A stretch of DNA of 53,363 nucleotides, from the NCBI GenBank assembly GCA_035297365.1, contig DATGZA010000009.1, forward strand, positions 1 to 53,363, written 5' to 3'. The stretch comes from Nitrososphaeraceae archaeon (GTDB lineage: Archaea; Thermoproteota; Nitrososphaeria; Nitrososphaerales; Nitrososphaeraceae). A program made the position numbers and the translations under genes. Positions 20,828-31,011 of this stretch are shown piece after piece; the first letter of the stretch is position 1, and every line of letters begins with the position of its first letter. Below the pieces are notes generated by a model. The model did no database searches and was not told the origin of the DNA. It was given only the letters and a program-made list of their open reading frames with translations.

Positions 20828-20997
20828 AGCACTCTTAAAAATCTACCGACCAACACCGAAAAAGAAAAACATATCTAATGAAATTATAACCTCGCATTGT
20901 CCATTAGGATATAAGGTATAGCAAAGATATCATAGCCAATCAATTTGAAAGTAGTCCAATTTGAATGATATTACAGAATATAAGAAAATCTGTTATT

Positions 20998-21156
20998 TCA
21001 GGTATCAATATTTGTTGGTGGATGATAATATTCTACTAATTTCTTGGAGTAACAGTCCCCACATAAATAGCCCAATACGTTCCACTGTTGCATAGGTTTG
21101 TATTTAAAATTATTAATTTCATTATTACAAACTGTACATTTTGTGGAATTAGACAT
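20998..21156 (-). CDS. 52-aa small zinc-finger protein (below the ORF-track cutoff)
   Basis: Manual translation MSNSTKCTVCNNEINNFKYKPMQQWNVLGYLCGDCYSKKLVEYYHPPTNIDT*; CxxC...CxxC. Confidence 0.8.
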   Translation of the reverse strand: MSNSTKCTVCNNEINNFKYKPMQQWNVLGYLCGDCYSKKLVEYYHPPTNIDT

Positions 21157-21321
21157 TTTGTTTATTAAACAATTGTAGCATTATAAATATGATGATAACA
21201 TCTTTTTTTTATTAATGAAATAAACATGCATATGAAATCAACATCAAAATATAATGTAAATTTAAGTTATATTTCAAAAAAATTAATTAGGACCTTTCTC
21301 CATCCATGATTAGTTAGATAA

Positions 21322-21822
21322 ATGGGAGTTAATGAAAAGATTATTTTTTTGGGAATTCTTGGCTTAGGTGCCATAGTGGGAATTTTAACATATACAATAT
21401 TTATGGGACTTGAACCTACCCCAGGAGATACACGTTCTATTTATAGAAAAGATTTACCACCGGATACTGCTCAAGCAAGTGCGGGAGCAGAAAAATCGCA
21501 AATTAATCCTGCGTCAATTAAAGCTAATGCGATATTGACAATTTTGGAAGGAGCAGCAACTCAAGGTAATCCACCTTATGATCCAAAAGAAATGTCTGTG
21601 AAGAAGGGCGATGTTATTAAGGTGGATAATAAGGATACAGTACCTCATACAGTTACTAATGGTGAAGGTCCAAATGACTCTAATTCTGGAAAAATATTCG
21701 ACACTGGTATTACTAATGCAGGAGAAGCTTCAATAATAGATACAAAAAATATTGACCCTGGTGACTATCCTTATTATTGTACAGTTCATCCATATATGAC
21801 AGGAAACTTGAAGATACAATAG
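21322..21822 (+). CDS. Membrane-anchored blue (type-1) copper cupredoxin
   Basis: N-terminal TM helix; NKDTVPHTVT and YYCTVHPYM supply His, Cys, His, Met ligands. Confidence 0.92.
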   Translation: MGVNEKIIFLGILGLGAIVGILTYTIFMGLEPTPGDTRSIYRKDLPPDTAQASAGAEKSQINPASIKANAILTILEGAATQGNPPYDPKEMSVKKGDVIKVDNKDTVPHTVTNGEGPNDSNSGKIFDTGITNAGEASIIDTKNIDPGDYPYYCTVHPYMTGNLKIQ

Positions 21823-21921
21823 AAATCTAGAGTCAATTTTATTTTTTTGATCAAGCAGTGAGTCAGACCTTTATTTCATGAGGATATCCTTATATTATGT
21901 AAATAAGAATACTATTCGTTT

Positions 21922-22698
21922 ATGGCTTTTTTAGAGATCAAGGATTTACATGCAAGTATCGAAGGAAAAGAAATTCTTACTGGTTTGAATTTAAAGATAG
22001 AGAAGAATGAAGTCCACGCCATTATGGGTCCTAATGGATCAGGTAAAAGTACATTTGCAAACGTACTTTTGGGTCATCCCAAGTATACAGTTAATTCAGG
22101 TGACATTCAGGTAAAAGGAAAGAGTATTCTGGAGTTATCTACTGATGAAAGAGCTAAACAAGGATTATTTCTTGGTTTTCAATATCCTATAGAAATCTCT
22201 GGTGTAGGATATAGCCATTTTTTGAGAAATGCTTATAATACTTTGAATAAATCATTAATGCAGGATCAAAAGAATCGAGAAGTTTTTCTCACTGTAAAGG
22301 AATTTCATGAATATATAAAAAGAAATTTGGATGATGTTGGATTAGATCCTTCATTTCTAAGCAGATATCTGAATGAGGGTTTTTCTGGAGGAGAAAAGAA
22401 GAGATCTGAAGTAATGCAGATGCTCGTACTAAAACCAAATATTGCTATATTGGATGAACCAGATTCTGGTCTAGATATTGATGCAGTAAAATCAGTTGCT
22501 GAAGCGATTAATAAATTAATTGACACAGGTGCAGGAATAGTAGTAATAACTCACTACGCCAGAATCTTGAGATATCTTTCAAAACTCGATAAAGTTCATG
22601 TTATGGCAAAAGGAAAAATCATTAAATCTGGAGGTAAAGAATTATCTGAAGAATTAGAGAGCAAGGGATATGGGTGGTTGGGTCTAGATGAGTCCTAG
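21922..22698 (+). CDS. sufC: Fe-S cluster assembly ATPase SufC
   Basis: MGPNGSGKST, FQYPIEI, RYLNEGFSGGEKKR, LDEPDSGLDID, ITHY. Confidence 0.96.
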   Translation: MAFLEIKDLHASIEGKEILTGLNLKIEKNEVHAIMGPNGSGKSTFANVLLGHPKYTVNSGDIQVKGKSILELSTDERAKQGLFLGFQYPIEISGVGYSHFLRNAYNTLNKSLMQDQKNREVFLTVKEFHEYIKRNLDDVGLDPSFLSRYLNEGFSGGEKKRSEVMQMLVLKPNIAILDEPDSGLDIDAVKSVAEAINKLIDTGAGIVVITHYARILRYLSKLDKVHVMAKGKIIKSGGKELSEELESKGYGWLGLDES

Positions 22699-22820
22699 AT
22701 CAGATTGACTATCTTATTAAAACATAGAATTGTCTATTAAAAACACAACGAATAATCTCTCTAATGATCATAAATTGATTACTAATAATAAGACTAATTT
22801 AATAAGAAAGATGTGTAATA

Positions 22821-23495
22821 ATGAATACTGAAAAGCCTGTATTCCTGAATTTTTCTTTTTTCAAGGTTGATCCAAAATGGCGATGGCTAAATGAAATAGG
22901 AAAGGAAGAAGCCATTAAAGAATTCGCTGACTTACTGGAAGTAGCTAATACAAAAATGAAGGTTATACCATATTCTACTGTTGGACTTAGAGATGATGCA
23001 GATTTTATGTTATGGATGATTTCGGATTCAGTAGAAAAAATGCAAGTATTTACATCAAAGATTTATTTGACGGTATTAGGGAAATACGTAGAACCTTCTC
23101 AAATTTATTTGTCTTGTTCAAGAAGATCCGTATATTCAAATCAAGTAAAACCAAGTTTTACAGATGATGTGAATCCATTACGATATAACATAGTATATCC
23201 ATTTATAAAATCTAGAGAATGGTATCTTCTGCCGTTTGAAAAAAGAAAGAAAATGATGGATGAACATATAGAGGTTGGAAGAAAATTTCCTAATATTAGA
23301 TTAAATACATCATATTCTTTTGGTCTTGACGATCAAGATTTTATGTTAGCTTTCGAAACCGATGATCTTAACAGTTTTCAGGATTTAATAATTCAATTAC
23401 GGGAAACTGAAGTTAGTAGATATGTGATTAAGGATACTCCTATGATAGTTTGTGTATACAAAAAGATTGATCAAGTCATTAAGAGTTTGGGATGA
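22821..23495 (+). CDS. Chlorite dismutase/coproheme decarboxylase (ChdC/HemQ) family protein
   Basis: YSTVGLRDDADFMLW, YPFIK, WYLLPFEKRKKMMDEH..VG, SFGLDDQDF. Confidence 0.88.
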   Translation: MNTEKPVFLNFSFFKVDPKWRWLNEIGKEEAIKEFADLLEVANTKMKVIPYSTVGLRDDADFMLWMISDSVEKMQVFTSKIYLTVLGKYVEPSQIYLSCSRRSVYSNQVKPSFTDDVNPLRYNIVYPFIKSREWYLLPFEKRKKMMDEHIEVGRKFPNIRLNTSYSFGLDDQDFMLAFETDDLNSFQDLIIQLRETEVSRYVIKDTPMIVCVYKKIDQVIKSLG

Positions 23496-24169
23496 AGAAT
23501 GGAATGATAGCATTAAAAGAATGGGCGATTGTATGTAAAGCGTTAGAAGAAGGAAAACAAATTTTGTTACTTCGTAAAGGGGGAATTATGGAATTTAGAA
23601 AAGGTTTTGAGATGAAACATAATGAATTTTTTCTTTATCCCACATATGAACATCAGTCTAAGAATTCGATCAAAGATGAATATATACCATATTTAGAAAG
23701 TTTGTTATATGACAGACACTATAATGAAAAATATGATTCTAACAAAAATACTATAAATTTATTTGCTCAAGTATATGAAATTATTGAGATCACAGATAGA
23801 GCAATTTTACCAAAATTACAAAATTATCATATATGGAATAATGAATATGTTACTATTCGTATGAATTATAATCCTACTAAGCCACTTAATGTATTATTAT
23901 TAAGAATATTTAAAATTAAAGAACCTTTACTTGTAGACATCAAAGACGAATGGGCTGGATGTAAATCATGGTTAAATATTGATGTAGATAAAAAATGGGA
24001 AAATTTTGAATTGACGGATTATTTGAATATAGGGTTAAGAGATAACAGCAATATTATTGGAAATGATATAGATGACAATAATAAAAAAACTCTAATAGAG
24101 CCAGTATTAAATGATTATAGATTCAATGAGATCGCTAAGGAGATTAAGGAGGCAGTATCTAATAAATGA
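23492..24169 (+). CDS. DUF1802 family protein
   Basis: ALKEWAIVCKAL..GKQILLLRKGGI.E, FFLYPTYEHQ, GCKSW; 4-nt ATGA overlap with upstream gene. Confidence 0.88.
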   Translation: MKNGMIALKEWAIVCKALEEGKQILLLRKGGIMEFRKGFEMKHNEFFLYPTYEHQSKNSIKDEYIPYLESLLYDRHYNEKYDSNKNTINLFAQVYEIIEITDRAILPKLQNYHIWNNEYVTIRMNYNPTKPLNVLLLRIFKIKEPLLVDIKDEWAGCKSWLNIDVDKKWENFELTDYLNIGLRDNSNIIGNDIDDNNKKTLIEPVLNDYRFNEIAKEIKEAVSNK

Positions 24170-25188
24170 AATATAGAAAATTAGGAAGAAGTGGAATAAA
24201 AGTAAGTGAAATTGGATTTGGAGCATGGACTTTAGGTCTTGATTGGTGGGGTAAGAAGATTGAAAATGAAGATGCGATAAAAATATTAAAAAGGGCCTAT
24301 GATATTGGTGTTAATTTTTTTGAAACTGCAGATATGTATGGTAATGGCAAAAGCGAAAAGATTATTGGACAAGTATTTAAAGACATGCGAAATGAAGTAA
24401 TTTATTCGACTAAGTGGGGATATGACATGTATAGTCATCAACAAATTGGACATAATGAAATTCCGCAAAAACATAATATTGATTTCTTGCAATTTGCATT
24501 AAAGGAAAGTATGTCTAGATTGCAGACAGATTATATTGATGTATATAGTATGCACAATCCAAAAATAGATGCAATCAAAAATGATCTTTTATTTAATATG
24601 TTGGATGATTTAGTCAGTAAAGGAGATATTAAAAGTCATGGTGTAGCTTTAGGTCCAGCAATAGGATGGGAAGAAGAAGGATTGTATGCTATGAAAAATA
24701 GAAATATTACTAGTCTCCAAACAGTTTATAACATCTTAGAACAAGATCCGGGTAGATCTTTTTTAAATGTTGAAATAGATGCACAAAATAAGAAAAATAT
24801 ACAAGATAAAACATATGATGTAGGAATAATGGTTCGAGTTCCTGATGCATCAGGAGTATTAACAGGTAAAGTAACTGAAGCGACCACCTTGAAAGAAAAC
24901 GACCACCGAAGCTACAGAAAAAAAGAGTGGATTATAGAAGCAATGAAAAAAATTGAGAAGATGAGACCTATAGCTGAATCAAGGGGATGGACAATACCAC
25001 AATTAGCTATCAAATTTATTTTATCACAAGAACCTATTTCTGTTGTTATTCCTACAATATTGGATATTGAAGAACTGGATTCATTTGCTGAAATGGCTGA
25101 TGGAAAATACCTTAACAAATCTGAGTTGAATCAAATACAAGAATTATATAAAAATAATTTTTATGTTAGTAGTATGATCCAAAATTAA
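24166..25188 (+). CDS. Aldo/keto reductase
   Basis: YRKLGRSGIKVSEIGFG, FFETADMYG.G.SE, TKWG, RLQTDYID. Confidence 0.93.
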   Translation: MKYRKLGRSGIKVSEIGFGAWTLGLDWWGKKIENEDAIKILKRAYDIGVNFFETADMYGNGKSEKIIGQVFKDMRNEVIYSTKWGYDMYSHQQIGHNEIPQKHNIDFLQFALKESMSRLQTDYIDVYSMHNPKIDAIKNDLLFNMLDDLVSKGDIKSHGVALGPAIGWEEEGLYAMKNRNITSLQTVYNILEQDPGRSFLNVEIDAQNKKNIQDKTYDVGIMVRVPDASGVLTGKVTEATTLKENDHRSYRKKEWIIEAMKKIEKMRPIAESRGWTIPQLAIKFILSQEPISVVIPTILDIEELDSFAEMADGKYLNKSELNQIQELYKNNFYVSSMIQN

Positions 25189-25353
25189 ATAAAATTCTAT
25201 AATCATATTTCTTTTATTTGGAGATATCTTTAATGATTATTTTAATAAGGAATAGATTAGCTATGAATTTTCCTTATAAGTATGAGCTGTTATGAATAAC
25301 ATAATTTTTTAAAACATTAGACTGAAGGTAGGATTCGGTCTTTTGAGTCAATA

Positions 25354-25545
25354 TCATTTTTCTACTATTTTAACTGTCGTCGAAGAATATTGCAATTCTT
25401 CTTCAAATTCATCTTCAATTAAAAAATCATTGTACTGCTTTTTACAACAGAATTTTTTGCACTTTGTTATAATGAAATTTGGACCATTTAACTGTTTTTC
25501 AGAACATTTTTGGACAATCCCATGTTCTAGAGGAATTATATCCAT
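25354..25545 (-). CDS. Small Cys-containing hypothetical protein
   Basis: 63 aa ATG ORF co-oriented downstream of mcm; C...CKKFCC plus acidic stretch. Confidence 0.5.
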   Translation of the reverse strand: MDIIPLEHGIVQKCSEKQLNGPNFIITKCKKFCCKKQYNDFLIEDEFEEELQYSSTTVKIVEK

Positions 25546-25661
25546 GATCTCATTTAGATTGACGTTTAATACGTTAATTTTAATTTATAATTATTTTTCA
25601 CATTTATAATCCTGTTTATATTTTAAGATAGATAAAAAATAATTAAATACAATAGGAAATT

Positions 25662-27731
25662 TTATGCCTTAGCATAATATCCTGATTTTCGTTCATATAT
25701 CTGCCCATTTTGCATAGCTTTATTGATAAAATTCTTTGCATCATCTTCTGAAAATCTTCCCGTCTGTGCAAGTTCCTGAATAAAGCTTTTTTCTTCTACG
25801 TCATTCTTATCCTGTCCAGATAAAGCATTAAAAATTTCCATAAATAATTTCAATTTTGATATTTCACTTTGAGGTTTGCCATGTAAAACACCTAGATCTA
25901 CTTTACCAGTATTAACATCCACTCCTGCAGTTTCTAACATAGTCTGTATCAAATAAATTGCTCGTTCTGCATCTTCTGAATCTACATAATCTTTTAATAA
26001 TAATTTAGATCGTGCAGTTGCAAGTCTTACTAATCCTTCAAGCTGCCTTGGAGTGACGGTTATCATACCCTCAGATTCTACATTTCTCATCTTCATGTAA
26101 TAATTTCTTATCTTATCAATTGCTTCCACCGTTAATTTTGGTTCCATATTTTTTGAATAAGCAAGATATTTGCTAAAGATATCTGTATCAATCACAGATT
26201 GACTATTTCTTTCTGTGTCTCTATGTATTTCTAGGATATGACTAGCAATAAGATTATCTTTTTCCCTTTCTGGCGTATCTCGTATCACATAAACGATATC
26301 AAATCGTGTCAGGAGTGGAATCGGTAAATTTACATTTTCTGTAATATTTTTGAACGGATCATATTTTCCATACAATGGATTGGCAGCTGCTAAAATCGAG
26401 GTTCTTGCATTTAGTGTTGCAACTATTCCTCCCTTTGCAACCGAACAAGTCTGCTGTTCCATAACTTCATGAAGAGCTGAACGATCTTCAGGTTTTATTT
26501 TATCAAATTCATCTATGCACACTAATCCTTGATCTCCCAATACAACAGCTCCTGCTTCTAACATCATGATGCCAGATTTGTCTCTAATAACTGCAGCTGT
26601 CAGACCAGCAGCTGTTGTACCTCTCCCCGAAGTGTAAAGTCCTCGCGGAGCTATTTTAGCTGCAAATTTCAACATTTCAGATTTTGCTGTTCCTGGATCT
26701 CCGACTAAAAGAACGTTAATATCGCCCCTTCTTGCGGATCCGTCATCTAATATTTTCGTTACTGATCCAACAATTAATAACAAGATCACTTCCTTAATCA
26801 CTTCATGACCGTAAATATGTGGAGCATAAGATGATATCAAGATATCATAAGAATTACTTTTGTTTGCGAGTGCAAAAATACGTTTCTCATCTTCATTACT
26901 TATTTCTATTCGTTCCATCGTCCTGTTATCTTTATCTCCAGCTCTACCTCCAAGATATTCTATATTATTACCTTCCATCCTGAGTTTAAAGAGACTTGTC
27001 TTTACATGTTGAGATAATTGTTCTTGCTCTATTCTTACAATTCCAGTGAGTAGAATTCTATCTCCTGGTCTACATTGATCTACCAAGTCACCAATAACAG
27101 TAACTTCAAGATAATGTGGTAGATGGCCTGCAGGAAGGTCTTCTGGTAGTTCCTGTAATCTTACCATTTGGAAATCAATAAAAATACTAGTATCTGGATC
27201 CATTTCCAATTCCTTTTCTGAACATTGTTTACATTTTAATGGTTTTTTTAATACTAAACTTTTTAGTTGTCCTTCATTTATTTCACCACAACTAAGACAT
27301 CTATAACCAATTTTTTTTGCTAGGGGTTTGACTTCAGACGTTCTTACTACCATACCAGAAACTCCAATTAGCTTATTAATTGCTTCTGCATTTATTTCTC
27401 GTAACCCTTTTTGTACTGTATAATTTCCTATTCTAACTTTAATATTATTCGATATTTCTTCTGCATAATCTGGATGAATTTCATAAAGTACAGAAAAAAC
27501 TGCTTTGTTAAATGCTTCTAGCATCTCGTCTGGATCATCAGTAATCTTCTTTGCTAGATCAGGTTTGAATGTATCAAAATCAATGTAATCAACTAATAGA
27601 GAAGTAGAATTTGCTGCCATCATGTTATTAATTCTATCAAAATATTTGTAATTTCCAGATCTATCTTTAAACGCACGTAAAAATTCTTCTAAATCATTAA
27701 CTATAGCAGATTCAGTTTTAAGTTCAGCCAA
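25662..27731 (-). CDS. mcm: Replicative helicase MCM
   Basis: Zn finger CLSC..CKQC, GDPGTAKS, GLTAAV, CIDEFDK, LLTRFD, TPRQLE; no intein. Confidence 0.98.
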   Translation of the reverse strand: MAELKTESAIVNDLEEFLRAFKDRSGNYKYFDRINNMMAANSTSLLVDYIDFDTFKPDLAKKITDDPDEMLEAFNKAVFSVLYEIHPDYAEEISNNIKVRIGNYTVQKGLREINAEAINKLIGVSGMVVRTSEVKPLAKKIGYRCLSCGEINEGQLKSLVLKKPLKCKQCSEKELEMDPDTSIFIDFQMVRLQELPEDLPAGHLPHYLEVTVIGDLVDQCRPGDRILLTGIVRIEQEQLSQHVKTSLFKLRMEGNNIEYLGGRAGDKDNRTMERIEISNEDEKRIFALANKSNSYDILISSYAPHIYGHEVIKEVILLLIVGSVTKILDDGSARRGDINVLLVGDPGTAKSEMLKFAAKIAPRGLYTSGRGTTAAGLTAAVIRDKSGIMMLEAGAVVLGDQGLVCIDEFDKIKPEDRSALHEVMEQQTCSVAKGGIVATLNARTSILAAANPLYGKYDPFKNITENVNLPIPLLTRFDIVYVIRDTPEREKDNLIASHILEIHRDTERNSQSVIDTDIFSKYLAYSKNMEPKLTVEAIDKIRNYYMKMRNVESEGMITVTPRQLEGLVRLATARSKLLLKDYVDSEDAERAIYLIQTMLETAGVDVNTGKVDLGVLHGKPQSEISKLKLFMEIFNALSGQDKNDVEEKSFIQELAQTGRFSEDDAKNFINKAMQNGQIYERKSGYYAKA

Positions 27732-28302
27732 GTTTGTTCACCGCCAATTGTTTAAATGAATAAGAAGAATTATGAATGAAATTATACAGTTCTATTTCTT
27801 CCGCAGACAGCTTTCTTTCCAAGTCTGTTGTGAGAGATGACGCAGCAGCTAATTTAACAATTTTCTCTATTCTTGAAGTTATAAAAGAATTGAGAGAAAC
27901 TAATATAGGTTCTTTTTCACTTTCCTTTAATCTTTTGATATAATCATTTACTCTTATATAAAAATCGATGTCTATTCCGGATAAATCATGAGGTTTTGAA
28001 ATTCTTTCGCGATTTAAAGATCTAGAGATATATACTAAAACATCAATATCGTGAATTTCTACATTTCCATTAGCTTCCAGAATTTTCGCTAGCCATCTAG
28101 GAATAGAAGTAATTTCACCATCTTTTCCTTCAAGAGAAAGATTATCTAAATTTATTGAGACGTTTTTTTTAAAAGTTATTCTGATGTCTTCCATGAGATA
28201 TTTTGCATAATAGAATTTTTGAATAAATTCTATCCTGTATTTGATATTATCATAATTATAGATATTATTAGCGCTATTACTTTCTGCCATCGTGTGACTC
28301 AC
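27724..28302 (-). CDS. gins: DNA replication complex GINS subunit (Gins23-like)
   Basis: IPRWLA.IL B-domain, DFYIRV, RIEKIVKLA, LSAEE..LY; overlaps mcm start. Confidence 0.88.
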   Translation of the reverse strand: MSHTMAESNSANNIYNYDNIKYRIEFIQKFYYAKYLMEDIRITFKKNVSINLDNLSLEGKDGEITSIPRWLAKILEANGNVEIHDIDVLVYISRSLNRERISKPHDLSGIDIDFYIRVNDYIKRLKESEKEPILVSLNSFITSRIEKIVKLAAASSLTTDLERKLSAEEIELYNFIHNSSYSFKQLAVNKLG

Positions 28303-28474
28303 CTGTTTTTATATGAAGACCATAATATTAAATCAACTTAGACTAACTATTATTATTAACAAAACAATTTGGTTGAAATGATTGCCAATATATGATATTT
28401 TTAGAACTATAAAATTGGTCTTATAGAAGATAAGAAGATATTAATAAACTTATTAAATTTATACTCTATTTAGA

Positions 28475-29503
28475 ATGCCTCCAAATGCCAATGATACTAA
28501 CATATCCGACTTAATGTGGGTAGAGAAATATCGGCCTAAAAAAATTGATCAGATAGTTAATCAAAAGGATATTATAAGATCTCTAAAAAATTTGATTAAA
28601 AAACCAGATGAGATACCACACTTGTTGTTTGCGGGTGCTGCAGGTATTGGGAAAACTACTACAGCTTTATGTTTATCAAAGGAATTATTGGGAGAGGGAT
28701 GGAGAAGAGATGTTCTTGAGCTAAATGCTTCAGATGAAAGAGGTATAAAGATGGTTCGAGAACGTGTTAAGGAATTTGCTGCGGTAATCAAACTTCCAAG
28801 TGGAAAAGATTTGAAAGATCCTAGTAATAAAAATGACAGACAATATAGAATCATAATTCTTGACGAAGCAGATGAAATGACATCAGAAGCACAGACAGCA
28901 TTAAGAAGGATAATTGAGGATAGCTCTAAAACAACAAGGTTTATTATAATATGTAATTATCTTTCACAAATAATTGAGCCTATTCAAAGTAGATGCGCAG
29001 TATTTCACTTTACTAAATTAGGGGAAAAAGAAATAGTAGAGCATTTAAAGAAGATTTGTAATAGCGAAGGAATAGAATACAAGGATCAAGCTTTATTAAA
29101 GATTTATAACTACACAGAAGGGGATTTGAGACATTCTATTAATATACTTCAGACAGCATCAGGATTTGGTGAAATAAATCTTTCAAATGTTAATGCAGCT
29201 ATGGGATTATCAGGAAGATCAAAAATTGGTGAAGTGATAAAATTGTCTCTAGAGGGTAAATTTGATGATGCAAGAATCAAGCTACTGGAATTATTATTTG
29301 TCTATGGATTATCGGCTGCGGATTTTTTCAAGTATTCTTATCAAGAAATAAAAGATATGAAACTTGAAAACATTGAAGAAATAATGTCGATAATGGCTGA
29401 ATATGATTACAGATTATCAGTTGGAGCTCATTCAGAAATTCAACTAACTGCATTTCTTGCTCAATTAGCTAGAATAGGTTCTAATAATAAGTCAAAAAAA
29501 TGA
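28475..29503 (+). CDS. rfcS: Replication factor C small subunit
   Basis: WVEKYRP, GIGKTT, LELNASDERGI, ILDEAD, PIQSRC, GDLR. Confidence 0.97.
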   Translation: MPPNANDTNISDLMWVEKYRPKKIDQIVNQKDIIRSLKNLIKKPDEIPHLLFAGAAGIGKTTTALCLSKELLGEGWRRDVLELNASDERGIKMVRERVKEFAAVIKLPSGKDLKDPSNKNDRQYRIIILDEADEMTSEAQTALRRIIEDSSKTTRFIIICNYLSQIIEPIQSRCAVFHFTKLGEKEIVEHLKKICNSEGIEYKDQALLKIYNYTEGDLRHSINILQTASGFGEINLSNVNAAMGLSGRSKIGEVIKLSLEGKFDDARIKLLELLFVYGLSAADFFKYSYQEIKDMKLENIEEIMSIMAEYDYRLSVGAHSEIQLTAFLAQLARIGSNNKSKK

Positions 29504-29554
29504 AATGTCAACGAGAGTATTTTATTATGTTAATTTAATAAATATATTAAAAGT

Positions 29555-30289
29555 ATGTCTTTTATGTTAAACAGATCGGATATATCTTCTCAGTCTGTAG
29601 TTTGTATTGTTAGCGGTGGTTTGGATTCTATCTGTACTGCTGCTTATTTGAGAAAACAAGATTTCAACTTGTATATTATAACGTTTAGTTATGGTCAGAG
29701 GGCCATACATGAAATAGAATGTGCTAAGAAATTTTCAGATTATCTGAATTTTAAAGAACACAAGATTGTTGATATATCGTTTATGAAAGAAATTTATGGA
29801 GAAACAAATGTTTTAACTGACAAACAACAGAATATTCCAGAAAATTTTGATTATAAAATAGTTGTACCTCTAAGAAATGGGATATTTATTACTATTGCCA
29901 CTGCATGGGCTATGAGTATTGGAGCGAAAATAGTTGTTTACGGGGCTCATAGTGATGATCATAATTATCCAGATTGTAGGCCGGAATTTGCCTTATCCCT
30001 TTGTAAGGCTTTAAATTTAGGAGAGAGTGATGGGATTGTTCTGGGATTCCGTAATAAAGTTGAAATTTGGTCTCCAGCTGTTGATAAAATAGATAAATCA
30101 AATCTGATAAAAATGGGGTATGAATATTTAGGAGATAAAATCTTTCAGACATGGAGTTGTTATTCAGATGGTATCAACATCGGAGAAAGAAGAATACATT
30201 GTGGAATTTGTGAATCGTGTATAAATAGAAGAATAGCTTTTAAAAACTCCAATATACGTGACAAAACAGAATATGCTTACAAAAGATAA
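29555..30289 (+). CDS. queC: 7-cyano-7-deazaguanine synthase
   Basis: SGGLDS, YGQR, VPLRN, YPDCRPEF, TWSCY, CGICESC..R. Confidence 0.95.
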   Translation: MSFMLNRSDISSQSVVCIVSGGLDSICTAAYLRKQDFNLYIITFSYGQRAIHEIECAKKFSDYLNFKEHKIVDISFMKEIYGETNVLTDKQQNIPENFDYKIVVPLRNGIFITIATAWAMSIGAKIVVYGAHSDDHNYPDCRPEFALSLCKALNLGESDGIVLGFRNKVEIWSPAVDKIDKSNLIKMGYEYLGDKIFQTWSCYSDGINIGERRIHCGICESCINRRIAFKNSNIRDKTEYAYKR

Positions 30290-31004
30290 AAAAGTGCAGC
30301 TTAGCGAAATATTTACAAGTATTGAAGGCGAAGGAATTTTCTTTGGTACAAAGACCATGTTCGTTAGAATGGCAGGTTGTCATTTGCGATGTTACTGGTG
30401 TGATACCGGCTATGCTTTATCATTGACTAGTGGAAATTCTTATCATATTGATGAGGTAAAAAAAATGATCAAGGAGAATTTAAAAGAAAACACATACAAA
30501 ATTAATTTTACTGGTGGAGAACCTCTAATTCAATATAGAGCAGTAAAAGAATTAGCAAGATTCATCAAAGAAGAGATCGGTTTAAGAACATATATAGAAT
30601 CTTCTTGTTATGACTTTAATAGATTTAACGAGATTCTTCCCTATTTTGATATTTGTAAGATTGAATTTAAAATGAAAGATTCAATGGTGGTTGAACCTGA
30701 ACATTATTATAATCTTCTAGAAAATGAATTAGAATGTTTAAAGATAGCCATTAAAAATAATAAAATTACTTATATCAAAATAGTGGTTTCAAATAATACA
30801 GATATTAATGAATTCAAGAAATTGATAGATACCATTTTCAGTATCATACATGCAGAGAGCTTAGCAGGATTTATAATACAGCCTACTACTAAGATAGATG
30901 AACCAACTGTGGATAATTTGTTGAAATTTTACGATCTGATTTATCCAAGGTATAATGATGTTAGGGTTATTCCTCAGTTACACAAAATAATAGGAGCAAG
31001 TTAA
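30258..31004 (+). CDS. queE: 7-carboxy-7-deazaguanine synthase (radical SAM)
   Basis: EIFTSIEGEG, CHLRCYWCDT, FTGGEP, IPQLHK. Confidence 0.94.
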   Translation: MTKQNMLTKDKKVQLSEIFTSIEGEGIFFGTKTMFVRMAGCHLRCYWCDTGYALSLTSGNSYHIDEVKKMIKENLKENTYKINFTGGEPLIQYRAVKELARFIKEEIGLRTYIESSCYDFNRFNEILPYFDICKIEFKMKDSMVVEPEHYYNLLENELECLKIAIKNNKITYIKIVVSNNTDINEFKKLIDTIFSIIHAESLAGFIIQPTTKIDEPTVDNLLKFYDLIYPRYNDVRVIPQLHKIIGAS

Positions 31005-31011
31005 ATAAAGA

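Noticed and set aside
28303-28474. Replication origin between gins-mcm and rfcS
   Set aside because: No cdc6/orc1 nearby and no recognisable repeated ORB boxes; more simply a divergent promoter
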